A DNA stretch of 61,810 bases, the filler included, from Dugesia japonica (Eukaryota), in assembly GCA_001938525.1 (NCBI GenBank). It is 5 parts of 5 records of this genome, joined end to end, with 100 filler letters (N's around TTAATTAATTAA, not from the genome) between each part and the next. Parts side by side here need not be neighbours in the genome. Positions count along the whole stretch, not along the records: positions 50,364 to 61,810 come from MQRL01642702.1; 4 more parts are not named here. One strand, given 5' to 3'. The translations under genes were made by a program, and so were the position numbers. Positions 50,364-61,810 of this stretch are shown one piece after another. The number at the start of each line of letters is the position of its first letter. Position 1 is the first letter of the stretch. The notes beneath the pieces were generated by a model that did no database searches, was not told where the DNA came from, and worked only from the letters and a program-made list of their open reading frames with translations.

Positions 50364-52450
50364 ATGCAATAATAGACTGTCCTTCACCAACCACTGGCAC
50401 CTCGCTAAGAAGATGTTTAGGAGCAGCTACATTCTACCAATGGATGACTCCAAATCTCTCTGAAACAATGGCTTCTCTTCATAATCTGTTAGCATCAATG
50501 AACAATACTCGCAGGAAGCTACAATGGACAATCGAGCATGAAAAGGCTTTCTCAGATATCAAAGCAGCACTAAATCGAATTACAAATGACTCTAACTGAT
50601 TCAAATAAAAAGGTAATACTTCAAACGGACGCATCAAATATTGCAATTGGAGCAAGTCTGAATCACGAAGTCAACGACAAATTTGCACCTATACCATTTT
50701 TCTCAAGAAAATTAAACAAGACAGAACAAAGATATTCAACGTTTGACCGTGAACTCTTAGCCATCTATTTATCCATCAAGAATTTCAAGCATTACTTAGA
50801 AGGCAGCGAATCAACAATTTTAACAGATCACAAACCACTGCTATATATTCAATCGATGAAGAACCCTACAAACGGGCAATGGCGTCATATTGAATTTATC
50901 AGCCAGTTCTCATTCCAGCTCAGAAAACGTCGTAGCTTACTTCTTATCCAGAATTCCAGAAGAACTATCTGAAGACAAAATATTTTCAATAAGAATGAAT
51001 GAATTGATCAAAGAACAACAATCAGACGCTTCACTCAGACAACATCACTCACTAAAAATAAGAGAGATCAACGGAATCTTGACAGATAATTCCACACAAC
51101 CCAGAGTTTTACTACCAACGCGATACAGAAAGACTAAGTTTGACAGATTGCACAACATTGCATATCCAGGGGGCAAGAAAAAAACAGATCTCATTCGAGC
51201 TCGCTATTTATGGCCAAAGATGAAATCAGACATTCAAGAATGGACGAGACAAGGCCACAGATGTCAATCACAAAAAATAACTCGTCAAACTCAATCCCCA
51301 CTGAAACGTCTTCCAGAATTAGGACGTTTCAAAGTGAAGCACGTAGATATTGTCGGACCTCTACCTCAATGTGAAGGAAAGAGATTCATTCTTACGATGA
51401 TCGATCGTGAAACATCTTGGCCTGAAGCCATACCAATAAATGAGATAACAACAAAAGCTATTGTAGATGCGGTAGAAAAAGTGTGGATCAGTAGATTTGG
51501 CCCACCAGAAATCATAACTACTGATCAAGGGAGACAATTTACTTCAAATCAATTCAAAGAAATTTGCAAGAGATACGGAATCAATCACCGCAACACAACA
51601 GCATACCATCCACAATGTAACGGTAAGATTGAGAGACTTCATCGAACCCTAAAAAATGCTGTTCGAACACATAGCACAACTGCAGAACGGAGATGGTCCA
51701 TTGACTTGCCTATAGTCATGCTTGGACTAAGAAATGCAACAATTACAGGGCAACAAGCCTCACCAGCGCAACTAGTCTATGGTTCATCAACTCGCCTCCC
51801 AGGAGACATCATTCCAACCACAGACATGGAAATTGCTATTACGAAAGANNNNNNNNNNNNNNNNNNNNNNNNNNNNNNNNNNNNNNNNNNNNNNNNNNAC
51901 CGCAACACAACAGCATACCATCCACAATGTAACGGTAAGATTGAGAGACTTCATCGAACCCTAAAAAATGCTGTTCGAACACATAGCACAACTGCAGAAC
52001 GGAGATGGTCCATTGACTTGCCTATAGTCATGCTTGGACTAAGAAATGCAANNNNNNNNNNNNNNNNNNNNNNNNNNNNNNNNNNNNNNNNNNNNNNNNN
52101 NNNNNNNNNNNNNNNNNNNNNNNNNNNAACCACAGACATGGAAATTGCTATTACGAAAGAAAATGTTCAAGCTTCAATCCAACGTTTCGAGAAACCAAAG
52201 CCGCTAAATGTAACAAAAAGAACCATCTTCATTCCATCTGCTCTAAAATATTGCGATCAAGTATGGCTCTGAGCACCCAATCCAACAAGCCTGCAATCAC
52301 CATACGAAGGACCATATCGTGTCATCCACAGGAGTACAAATTTAAAGACATTCAAAATTGACATCGACAGAATTAGAAAATGGTATCAATCAACAGACTG
52401 AAACCAACATTCACGTATTCCGATGACCTTCAAACTACGTCTGGGGTTAT
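50364..52450 (+). mobile_element. Ty3/Gypsy pol 3' part (RT thumb, RNase H, integrase), third family
   Basis: QTDASNIAIGA, YSTFDRELLA, TDHKPL, HVDIVGPLP, TTDQGRQF, TAYHPQCNGKIERLH, YEGPYRV; PPT-like TCTGGGG near 52440. Confidence 0.93.
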
Positions 52451-52799
52451 GCAATATGACTTTTAATCATATTACATTCTAAATTAAAAATATACTTTAA
52501 ACAAATTCATTTTGTTTAAATAATATNNNNNNNNNNNAAACGTAGAAATTTGAATTTAATAAATATTTGCATTCGAGTTTTATTTATGGATTCAAAATTA
52601 TACGAACACAACAATCACCAAAAAAAAGAATAATTATTTACAAAAATATGTAAAAATTGATTATAGGATGGTCATTCATTTGAAAATATATTGCAAAAAA
52701 TAATGCAGTAATCTTCTATGTATACTGGAAAGATTTCATTTGTTAAATAAATTGTATACAAAAGGCACTGGTTGACTTCTATATTGATTATTCGTTAAA

Positions 52800-53045
52800 A
52801 TGGTAAAAATATAAGTATAAAATTGTTTCAAATTTATTTTATGTGTTAAGTCCTATTAAATTAACGGTTGATACAATTTGTAGACGCTATGCTAATTTAA
52901 TAACTATAAATCTTGCATTCAACTTTATGTTGAAAACGCTGGGACAACAAAATTCAAACCCCAATTGCGAAATTCTTTCAGCTTTAATTCTTTGAATTAA
53001 AGAGAGGAAAACTTAATTAAGCAGTTTAGCTCAATCTTTTCATAA
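52800..53045 (+). pseudogene. hAT-like transposase fragment
   Basis: LSPIKLTVDTICRRYANLITINLAFNFMLKTLGQQNS..IKERKT, resembling the L.P.K..VEALCRRDA.L motif of invertebrate hAT transposases. Confidence 0.5.
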
Positions 53046-53299
53046 TGGCCAAAATGATTCAATGAAAATTGCTGATGTTTTGTATTATCCACAAATACTA
53101 AAAACAAAAAACGTATGTCGGAGCTTATTCAGCAATGGATTGCAAATGATTTAGCAGCCGGAGTAATTAATGAAGCTGATTGTACCAGGTACAAAAATTA
53201 AAAAATTATTATTAACACACCATCAAAAGAAAAATTGTGTAATACATTGAAGGTTACTTCAATTGTATTTACAAATATGGATTGAAGTGAATAAAATTC

Positions 53300-54115
53300 A
53301 TTGGACTGTAAGATTTAATAAGGACTTTATCTTTAAACACTGAAACCAAAAATGAGTTAGATAAAATTATTTTCAATTACTCAATAATTGTGTTTACGTT
53401 AAGACTATTGAAAATCTTAAAAAAATAATTAGTTTTAGACCTTGTAATCCTACAAAAAAAACTTGTAACTTATACCTCAAAATCGAATTATAGGAAAAAT
53501 TGAAAATACTTGATTGCTGTCTACCTTAATACGGAGATAATTTTTTTGGATCGCCGAGCTATATTGAACAATCTATATTAGATTTATCTAATCTCAGGAT
53601 GTACCAACCTCAGTATATTGAATTATAGAAATATTATGAGAAAGAGAATTATTGTTGAGAGACAACTAGCTTCTTTCTAGAAGTTAAAAATATTACATTA
53701 GAAAAATTCTTTAGACTTGATGTTTCATAATAAGATACCTCTAATTATTTTCAAAACAACCCACTATTCGCTAATAACTTGAATTCGGTTGTATGAAAAT
53801 TTAAAAATGAGTCCAAAGGTATAAGAATGGTATAAGTCCAAAAGAATGGGTTTTCCTGAGACCGAAATTTTAAAGTCTAATTAGTGAAAAAACTTCTATG
53901 GAGGCTAATGGTGTAACATTAAAAGGTACCGAAATAAACCATCAACCGTATTTTGATTGTTATAATAATAATCAAAAGGTGTCAGTTAACCAATTTAGAA
54001 TGAACACTTGTAACCATCAATTGAATAGCTTTAATGGACTTAAAGTAGCTTTGACTAGCACAGATGACAAAAAATTTGAATAGAAAAGAAACCAAGTCTG
54101 CTATACAGATATTAT
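53300..54115 (+). pseudogene. Third pPolB fragment (C-terminal palm/thumb)
   Basis: FQLLNNCVYVKTIENLKK, PSYIEQSILDLSNLRMY, TSFFLEV, DTSNY, KFKNES, EWVFLRPK, NGV, KVALTSTDDK. Confidence 0.8.
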
Positions 54116-55394
54116 AGTAATTCAATCGGTAATGATGATGAATCAATCAAGGCAATGTAAAGGTAATAAATTTTATTTTTTAATGGAAATTAATTAATTT
54201 TATTATTTAAAAATTCAACTTACAAGTTCCAATCAACACGATAGAAAAGAAGATTTAATTTAAATAAATATTAGTTTGAAAGGTGTTTTATTATTTACTG
54301 ACTTTATTATTCAAATGTTAATATTCCTCCAGGGAGAATTGTATTGTTATTTTCATTTAATTTGTTGTTTGTAAGTATTACTTTTTTAATCTTAATTAGA
54401 TTTCAATGTTAATATTTCTTGGGGAGACTTGTATTGTTTTTTTTCTATTAATTTGTTATGTATTTGTAATTTTGACTTTTAACCATGATATTCCTTATGA
54501 GAGTAAAGTTTTGCTTTGATTGACGTGTACTATGATAAAAACCAGAGGAAAAAGGTCCTGTGTGCGTGTGTATGCATTGGTCACTTTTCATTTTGACAAA
54601 ATTAAAAAAGTTTTCAAAATTTTTTCAACTAAATTTCATGAATAAAAAATTGCCCTGAAATAATTTTTCTCCCCCTGCAAAGAGAGAGGGTGATTTGATG
54701 CGCTCATATTTATATAATACGTTATTAGATCAAATACAGAAAAGAAGAGATCAAGTTGATGAAGTTATATCCTACGTCAGAGTTACAAGTCAAAACTATC
54801 GGAAATCTGTAAATCAAACAATAAGTAGACATGTGTATCAAAGGAAAAATAACAAAATGTTGAATATCGGTTATGCCATAAGATCGACAAAAAAGTAGAA
54901 GTGTTGGAATTATCATAGAATACGATATATAAGTCGAGTTTGCACAGATTGATTGATATACACACAAATTACGTATATTTTTTTAAATTCTGGTTTATTA
55001 ATTTATTTTTTCCAAGTTTAGCTTTTGCAAATTTTAAATATGATATTCTTACTAACCGTACATTAAATACACTGAAGATAAAATATGAGATGAAAAAATC
55101 TTTACAAAAAAATGAAAATTTTACCCAAAATTATCTTGAGGTCATTCTGAACCGACTGGTATAAAAAGTTGCATGATTTGTAAGCAAAAATTATTGTTGA
55201 AAAATTTGAAAAAAATTTAAAACGAAAATGCGCATAATCGCTGAAATTCCGTGAAAAATAAAATTTTCAACTGAATACATACTAGATGTCGTAATTTTAG
55301 CATCATTTCAATAAATATGCAATGTTTGAACTATTGTATACCTATTATGTGATTATGACGAGATCGGGAATCCTGCCTTAATTCTATATGTATG

Positions 55395-55441
55395 GATTGT
55401 GTCAGGGGGAAGGTGACTCATTGCGCGACTATCTATCTACT
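55395..55441. mobile_element. Probable Polinton right terminus
   Basis: ...GCGCGACTATCTATCTACT (reverse complement AGTAGATAGATAGT), 1.3 kb downstream of the pPolB fragment. Confidence 0.5.
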
Positions 55442-56787
55442 GGTGAAGCGTATCAAAGAAGCATTTAATATTTTATATTTGAAATACAATTTAAAAATTT
55501 TCAATAAATTAATCAGTATTTAAAACTCATCTTATTATGGTACTATACATTTTTAAAAAAATGACATAAATATAAACCTAAGATAAATTTTAAATATACG
55601 GCATGAAAACAGCAACTTTGATCTTTGCTCATTAAATAATTTTTTGAAATAAAAAATTATTTGTTGTTAAAAACGAATTTATTTATTGACAGATCAATGG
55701 TTTTTTAAAAAAAATAATTTTAAAAATAGATTTATCATAATGATTTGCAGTAATTAACCGAGAAAATGTTCATTTAATTTGACAAATTTTATAAATATTA
55801 TTTAAATATTTATATTTTATTGCAATAAAAATCAATGCAAATTGATTTTACTCAGATTTATTTAAAATCTGTTATTATTAAAATAAAGAAAAAAATTTTT
55901 ATTTTTCACAGAAGTCTTTTCTTTATTTTACTGAAATCTCTAACGCTATCAATGGTTCAGTCCAACAATTATTCTCACAATAATTGTAATTATACAAATC
56001 TGTCTTTCTGTCAAAGTTTGTAATAAGAATTTACTGAACAAACAGCTCCTAACGAAAGATATGTCGAAAAAGTGAAAATAGAAGAACAGCAACTTTGATC
56101 TCGGTTTGTTGAATAATTTTTTGAAATAAAAAATTATTTGTTGTTAAATACGACAAAAGTCGTTTTAATAACTTGTTTTAATAAGTTATTTTTATTAAAT
56201 AAATCCTTACCATATAATTTATTTTTATTTTTTAATAATTCAAAAATATTTTTATTAAAATTTACAGTATTTATCATGGTAAAGATGAAGAATCATTATA
56301 TGATGATATTCAGAGTTATTTATCAATGAGAATCTAAATTCAAGTTATTTTAGAAAAATATATTTAGTAATAATTTAACAACGTAACGAAACTTTAAATT
56401 ATAAAATGAAAGAACAGTAAACATTAAAATTACTCGGAGTAGTAAACAAAAAAAACATCCTTTGTATTCTTTAAAATATTCATATAATGAAAATATTATA
56501 TTTCAGAGTTGTCTTTCAACATTACAACTTTAATGTGTAAAATATTCTCATCTGAAATTCAATTTCATTTATTTTAACTGTCAATACAATGAGTTAAAAG
56601 TTTTCCAATTACTTCAACAAAAAAATAAAATTAAAAGCATAAACATAAACTCGTATATAAATCTTTGCTTTAATTTGTAAAACCAATCAAGACATCAAAT
56701 TTCAATAAACAAAATGTCCAATAAAAATATTTATAATTTCACTGTATAAATGTTTATTATCTTAATAATACATACAAACAAATAATG

Positions 56788-57264
56788 CTACATCAGGCCC
56801 ATCTTTTGCATATAAATTCTTTGTAGCATATCCTGACAATCGCCGAAAACCCGTTTAATGTTTTCTGTATCAACTGCACATGTAAAATGTGGATAACACC
56901 GACGAGAACTTTCTGATTCCGCAGTTGTTGTTGACATAAATTTATCTTTAACAAAGTTTTTAGCATAAGTAACGTCAATATGCTCATTTGGTTGAACTTC
57001 AAATGTGTTTTTGCTTTGATAATCAGCAAATTCGGGAAAAAAGTCGACAATTTTTGTCTTACCACTAGTAAGCTTTTGAATAAATAAATCCTGTTTATTG
57101 AGAAAAAGAATAATTGAGGTTTGTCTCAAATATCGGTTCCCCCACACTTCTTTAAACAAAGTTATACATTCTCTCAATCTGTTTTGCCGCTGTGCTTCTC
57201 TCAACGTCATATCATAACCAGAACATGCACAAACAAATATTACCGCAGTTACATCACTGAAAAC
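56788..57264 (-). CDS. gnas: Heterotrimeric G protein alpha subunit, Gs-like, terminal exon
   Basis: Acceptor TTTTAG at 57265; reads VFSDVTAVIFVCACSGYDM..NRLRE..LFLNKQD..YPHFTCAVDTENIKRVF.DC.D.LQR..MGLM*. G4/G5 motifs and Gs-type context are present. Upstream exons were not found in the window. Confidence 0.9.
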   Translation of the reverse strand, partial: VFSDVTAVIFVCACSGYDMTLREAQRQNRLRECITLFKEVWGNRYLRQTSIILFLNKQDLFIQKLTSGKTKIVDFFPEFADYQSKNTFEVQPNEHIDVTYAKNFVKDKFMSTTTAESESSRRCYPHFTCAVDTENIKRVFGDCQDMLQRIYMQKMGLM

Positions 57265-57355
57265 CTAAAAGTTCACANNNNNNNNNNNNNNNNNNNNNNN
57301 NNNNNNNNNNNNNNNNNNNNNNNNNNNNNNNNNNNNNNNNNNNNNNNNNNNNNNN

Positions 57356-57419
<64 letters not shown>

Positions 57420-59576
57420 CAATATCAATTATTAATATGATTGATATTATTATTATTAATATTAATTATTATTAATATCAATTGAGTTCAAAGAATTAAT
57501 TATTACAAGGTTTCTAACATAATTTGATCATTTTAAAAAATAATTTAATCTATTTAAAGTAGAATCTAATCTAATAAAAAAAGGATTATATCAGGTAAGA
57601 AAGCCTGTATTGTGAGTCATACAAACCGCTGGAATAGAAAAATCTTTGATTATAATTATTATTTTTTTTTATTAAGTAAATTAATTTTAACAACACAATT
57701 CATGAATACTCTTAAAATATGCCAATTAATTAACAGTAAGAGTTACAGTAATTTAAAATTAATACAATACAATATTACCTTAAAACTGATAAATTCCAAA
57801 AAAATTGAATTCAAAAAATTTGGCTAAAAATTTCATACAAGATACTTTTTAAATTATTTTTCACAAAAAAAATCCTTTTCAAAACGAATAAACAAAATCT
57901 AAAAATTTCTTTTTTTCAATTAATCCTCACTTGGATTTTTGGATTTTTTATACTTTTCTATCTATTCTCCTGCCTTGCTTGTCCTGTAGAATATATCTTT
58001 TCTCATGCGGTTTGTCTACCACTTGAAATGGTCCAACAATATTCAAATAATTTTCTATCAACCTCATGTCTAATAAATACGTTACTACCTATTTCTAGTC
58101 TTTCTGAGCATTAATCCTTTTAGTTGCGAAATACAACTCGCATGGTTTAATAAATATTTCAAAATCTCTATCTCTACTATAGTTTCTCAAAATATTAACT
58201 TTTGATCTAACATTAAATTTATCAGAGTTTCTTCGGGATGAAGAGTTGGTGAGTTTGCACATATAACATTACAATTGAACAGAACAATGTTTATGAAAGG
58301 TCGAAAAAATTAAATCATACTGCTTTGTTAATATTAAAACTGATGATATTACTTAAAATATTAAAATATCAATAGATCATAAAGCGTTATGTGAAAAGAA
58401 AAATAATACACAATAAAATAAAAAAATAATTTCAAATGAAAAAAAATCAATTTATATAATAATAATCATTTCATTTCGATAAAAAGAAATGAAAAAAAAA
58501 TCATTTTCCAAGTCAGAAAAACTGCGACACAGAAAAATTTCTGTGTAACCAAATAAAGAAAGATGTTAGAATAACAAAAATCTATCGGGAAACTAATTAA
58601 AATAATATAAAGAATCAGTTTGTCATAAGAAGCTACAAGTTTTTTTATACAAGTTATTTATTACAACCACAAAAAAGTTACATGTCAAGTCACATCTTTC
58701 AATTATCAGAAGGTTCAATTGAGTGATTGACTAATTAATCAATTCAATTAACCAATTCAATGACTAATTAAATTTCTCTTGATTTAAAAAAGATTTATTT
58801 GGAAAATTTACGATATTTTAGATGACAGGTATTAAACAATTAACAATAAACAGTGAACATAATTTATAAATAAAAATTAATTGTACAGAAAGAAAGGAGA
58901 TTTACAGAGCAAGGATAATTTACCAACTGAAATTCAACAAAACACGAATGCTACTGTGGGGAAAGTCCTATTATCGATTTGTTAACGTAACAAGTACAAA
59001 AACTACCTGTCAAAATGTGCCCGTATGCAATATGCGCATAATGTTAAATGTTAGATGAGTTTTGAGAACTCGGATTATCAACATCAAAATTCAACTCCAT
59101 AAAATTTATTTCAAAATAAAAACTATTTACATAAATTTGTTTTTTACCAAACAAATTTAATAATTCATATTTAAAAACGGAAAATATTAAATTCTTAAAT
59201 TCTATTATTATCTAATTTTAAAACACTAAAATAAACATATTCCATTCATTTAATTTATATTTTATTTGATTTAAAAATCTTTAAATTTTAGTAATTTATT
59301 TTATAAATTATTTTCCTGATACAAATTTAAANATACTTTTGATTTCAAAAAATTCCGTTTTAAAAATACAAAAAAATTTAAATCCGTTTTTAAAAGAACT
59401 ATCTTATATTAAATATGAATGATTATGCTACACATGGCTAAAATAATATGTATTTTGATAATAATAGTAATACATATGTTAAACCATTGATGTTTTAATG
59501 AAGTAAATATTTCCGTAAATAGTTTCATAAAAGAACTTTTTTTATTTTATTATTATTAAAGCAGATCGATAATCAC

Positions 59577-59640
59577 TGTTAAATTGTCATTTTGAAGCTA
59601 GTATTTTGGAGTAGATCGTTGTGAATCCATGAAATATTGG
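59577..59640. repeat. Interspersed repeat, second copy at about 61208-61275
   Basis: TGTTAAATTGTCATTTTGAAGCTAGTATTTTGGAG..GATCGTTGTGAATC.. occurs twice. Confidence 0.75.
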
Positions 59641-61339
59641 TATACATTTCTATAAGAAAATGCATTTTGAATTTGTTATAGAGTTGGGTTGCAAGACGCA
59701 TAAAGTACACCCTGATGTAGAGGATATTTAGTATATTCACCAGAAACCGGTTGTGTATCTTATTTGGACATATAAAAGAAAAAGTTACTTTCAAATAACC
59801 TAGGATCTCATCAAACAAAAATCCCTTACCTCAAAAAACAATAACAACTTGAAGAATTTTTTGACTAATATAAGAAAAGAAATTTAAAATTCCAATGTGC
59901 AAATAATAAAACTTAAACGTTTTAACCCTTACTTAAATATCATTAAACGACAGGACAATCCAGTGATGCAATATGTGTGAAAATAATAATAAAAATTGTC
60001 AAAATTACTTTTCATGCATTTCAAAACAATCATTGAGATAATTCAACGATTTTAAACTTTTATAGGCTATAAACTAATTTTTCATTTTTTTAAAGAGAAT
60101 ATGTTAGGCGTGAATCAATAAAAAAGTTTAAAAAAACCTTATTTCTTATTAACTTCATAAAAATATTTTAAACAAATAAAATACAAAATATCTTGTAAAT
60201 TGTTTGACTATTTCGTTTTAATTTAATTAATTAAAAAATGTCCTTAAAATTTAGGTTAGCACAGCCTCGTTTATTAGAAAGAGTTCTCATTAATGTAACA
60301 TTTACCTAAAGTTTTAATTCTTTTACCCGAAAAATCCGTATTTTTATTTAAATTAATTTAGTATTACTTTGACAATTTAATGAAATACATACTTCTCATC
60401 ATTCATTCTTGTCAAATTTTTTAACTCGGCGGAGTAAGTAAACTCTATTACTTCACTCAAATAAATAATGTCATTGTTTCTTTACTTTTAATTGATTAAT
60501 TTAGTAATTACAGATTCAATTAATTGCTTTGCTGGATTGCTTACTAAAATTTTAAATTTAATTTCGTTTTTAAAGGTTTTTAACTTATTTTATTCAGTTT
60601 AAATGCTAATTAGATATTAGTTGCAATTTTATANTGTTACGCTTTGACTTTATATTTCAGATGTCAATGTTTTGAGCGGTTTACTTACTATTGATTCATA
60701 AGTGTTCATTTATGTGATTAGTGTGAATAAATATATTTCATGGTGAATTTTAATAATTTTATGCCCCACCACACAATATACATTTAATTAATTAATTATT
60801 CATTTTAATGTCATGTTAATAACTTTAAGTTTTAAACCAATATTTACACTTTTTGAAAATTCCCTTTTATATTTTCAATTTATTTGTAAAATTAAGCACT
60901 TCCCTTTCAGATATTTAATTCATTTCGTAATTTTTCCTATTTACTAAGATTTCTCTCTCATCTTTTATAAGAAAATAATAAAGAAGAATTTCATCCAATA
61001 GAAATTGATTAAAAATATTTTAATTAATTTTTTGTTTCCGTTTGGTCTTGTTTTATTAAATTTTTTATTATTTTCTAGATGGGTCGCATTATCAGTTTAA
61101 CCCAATATCGCGAACCATGCATACAAACATTCCTGGCCGAATGTTGTGCATTACTGACATTCCAGGTATAATACTATACTACATAACTTCGAAATTATAC
61201 ATAGCATTGTTAAATTGTCATTTTGAAGCTAGTATTTTGGAGGGGATCGTTGTGAATCTGTGAAATATTGGTTGTTTAGAATTATATTTCTTTAAAAAGA
61301 TACATTTTGGATTTCTCATGGACTTGAATCGCAGGCCAC

Positions 61340-61810
61340 ATGCAACGAATATTATGATGATTTCGGGAAAGTTACAGAAAAAGTATGTAGGTTCTTAAAG
61401 AGGCAAAATTTTGAAAATGATAAAACAATAGAATGAAATGGAACAATTGAAGGAAAATATTTAGTACCATAAATTACAAGGCAGACCAAGTGTTACAGTA
61501 TAAATTCGAAGAAATAAGGTTGAAGGTTTTTTAGATGCAGGGGCTCGAATGCAAGTTATGAGTTTGAGTTTTTTTAATAAATTATGAAAAATATATTTAA
61601 AAACGAGCGATGAAAGATGGCGATTTGCAAACGATTGTGTACTGGAAATTGTTGAAAAATTAGAACTGGAGTGACAATTGATGAAGTTTGCAAAGAGGTT
61701 ACTTTCTTAGTTGCAGGAAGAGTGACAAATGATCTGATTAGAGGAAAAGGTATTCAGAGGATCTATGAATACCAGCTTGTACAAAATGCCGGTAGTAAAA
61801 CGGATGAAAA
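61340..61810 (+). mobile_element. Ty3/Gypsy protease remnant, family A
   Basis: GRPSVTV..KVEGFLDAGARMQVMSL..RFANDCVLEIV..VTFLV..VTNDLI, homologous to 4586-4850 and 32572-33057. Confidence 0.8.

Noticed and set aside
51586-52160. Apparent internal duplication in the integrase of the 460-aa ORF
   Set aside because: Identical copies flank N gaps; this is a scaffolding overlap artefact.
57436-61300. Upstream G-alpha exons (DVGGQ motif)
   Set aside because: None could be found; the region looks intronic.

Overview
AT-rich, intron-containing animal genomic DNA. The (TAA)n runs, Asn-rich exon and 47-bp intron suggest a planarian-type flatworm (inference). The window is not contiguous: four artificial 100-bp spacers (44N-TTAATTAATTAA-44N, motifs at 14546, 23888, 39059, 50308) join five separate contigs. 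Two host genes are visible, both on the minus strand: a complete three-coding-exon LMO (LIM-only, LMO1/3-like) gene and the last exon of a G-alpha-s-like gene. Most of the rest is decayed transposable elements: several Ty3/Gypsy copies, hAT remnants and MITEs, a DD41D Tc1/mariner element with perfect 35-bp TIRs, and Polinton/Maverick pieces (three pPolB fragments, a major capsid fragment, termini). The main finding is two diverged Ty3/Gypsy elements on different contigs (about 23944-30180 and 39115-47700) that share an unusual layout. A chuvirus/herpes-gB-like fusion glycoprotein lies upstream of pol and runs into its own aspartic protease; a second protease follows, then pol (RT-RH-IN; the RT core is deleted in the first copy), then signal-peptide modules after the integrase, one with an FN3-like motif. 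The larger copy also has ubiquitin-like and SCAN/capsid-like segments 5' of the glycoprotein. All domain calls are by-eye motif matches; no database search was run.
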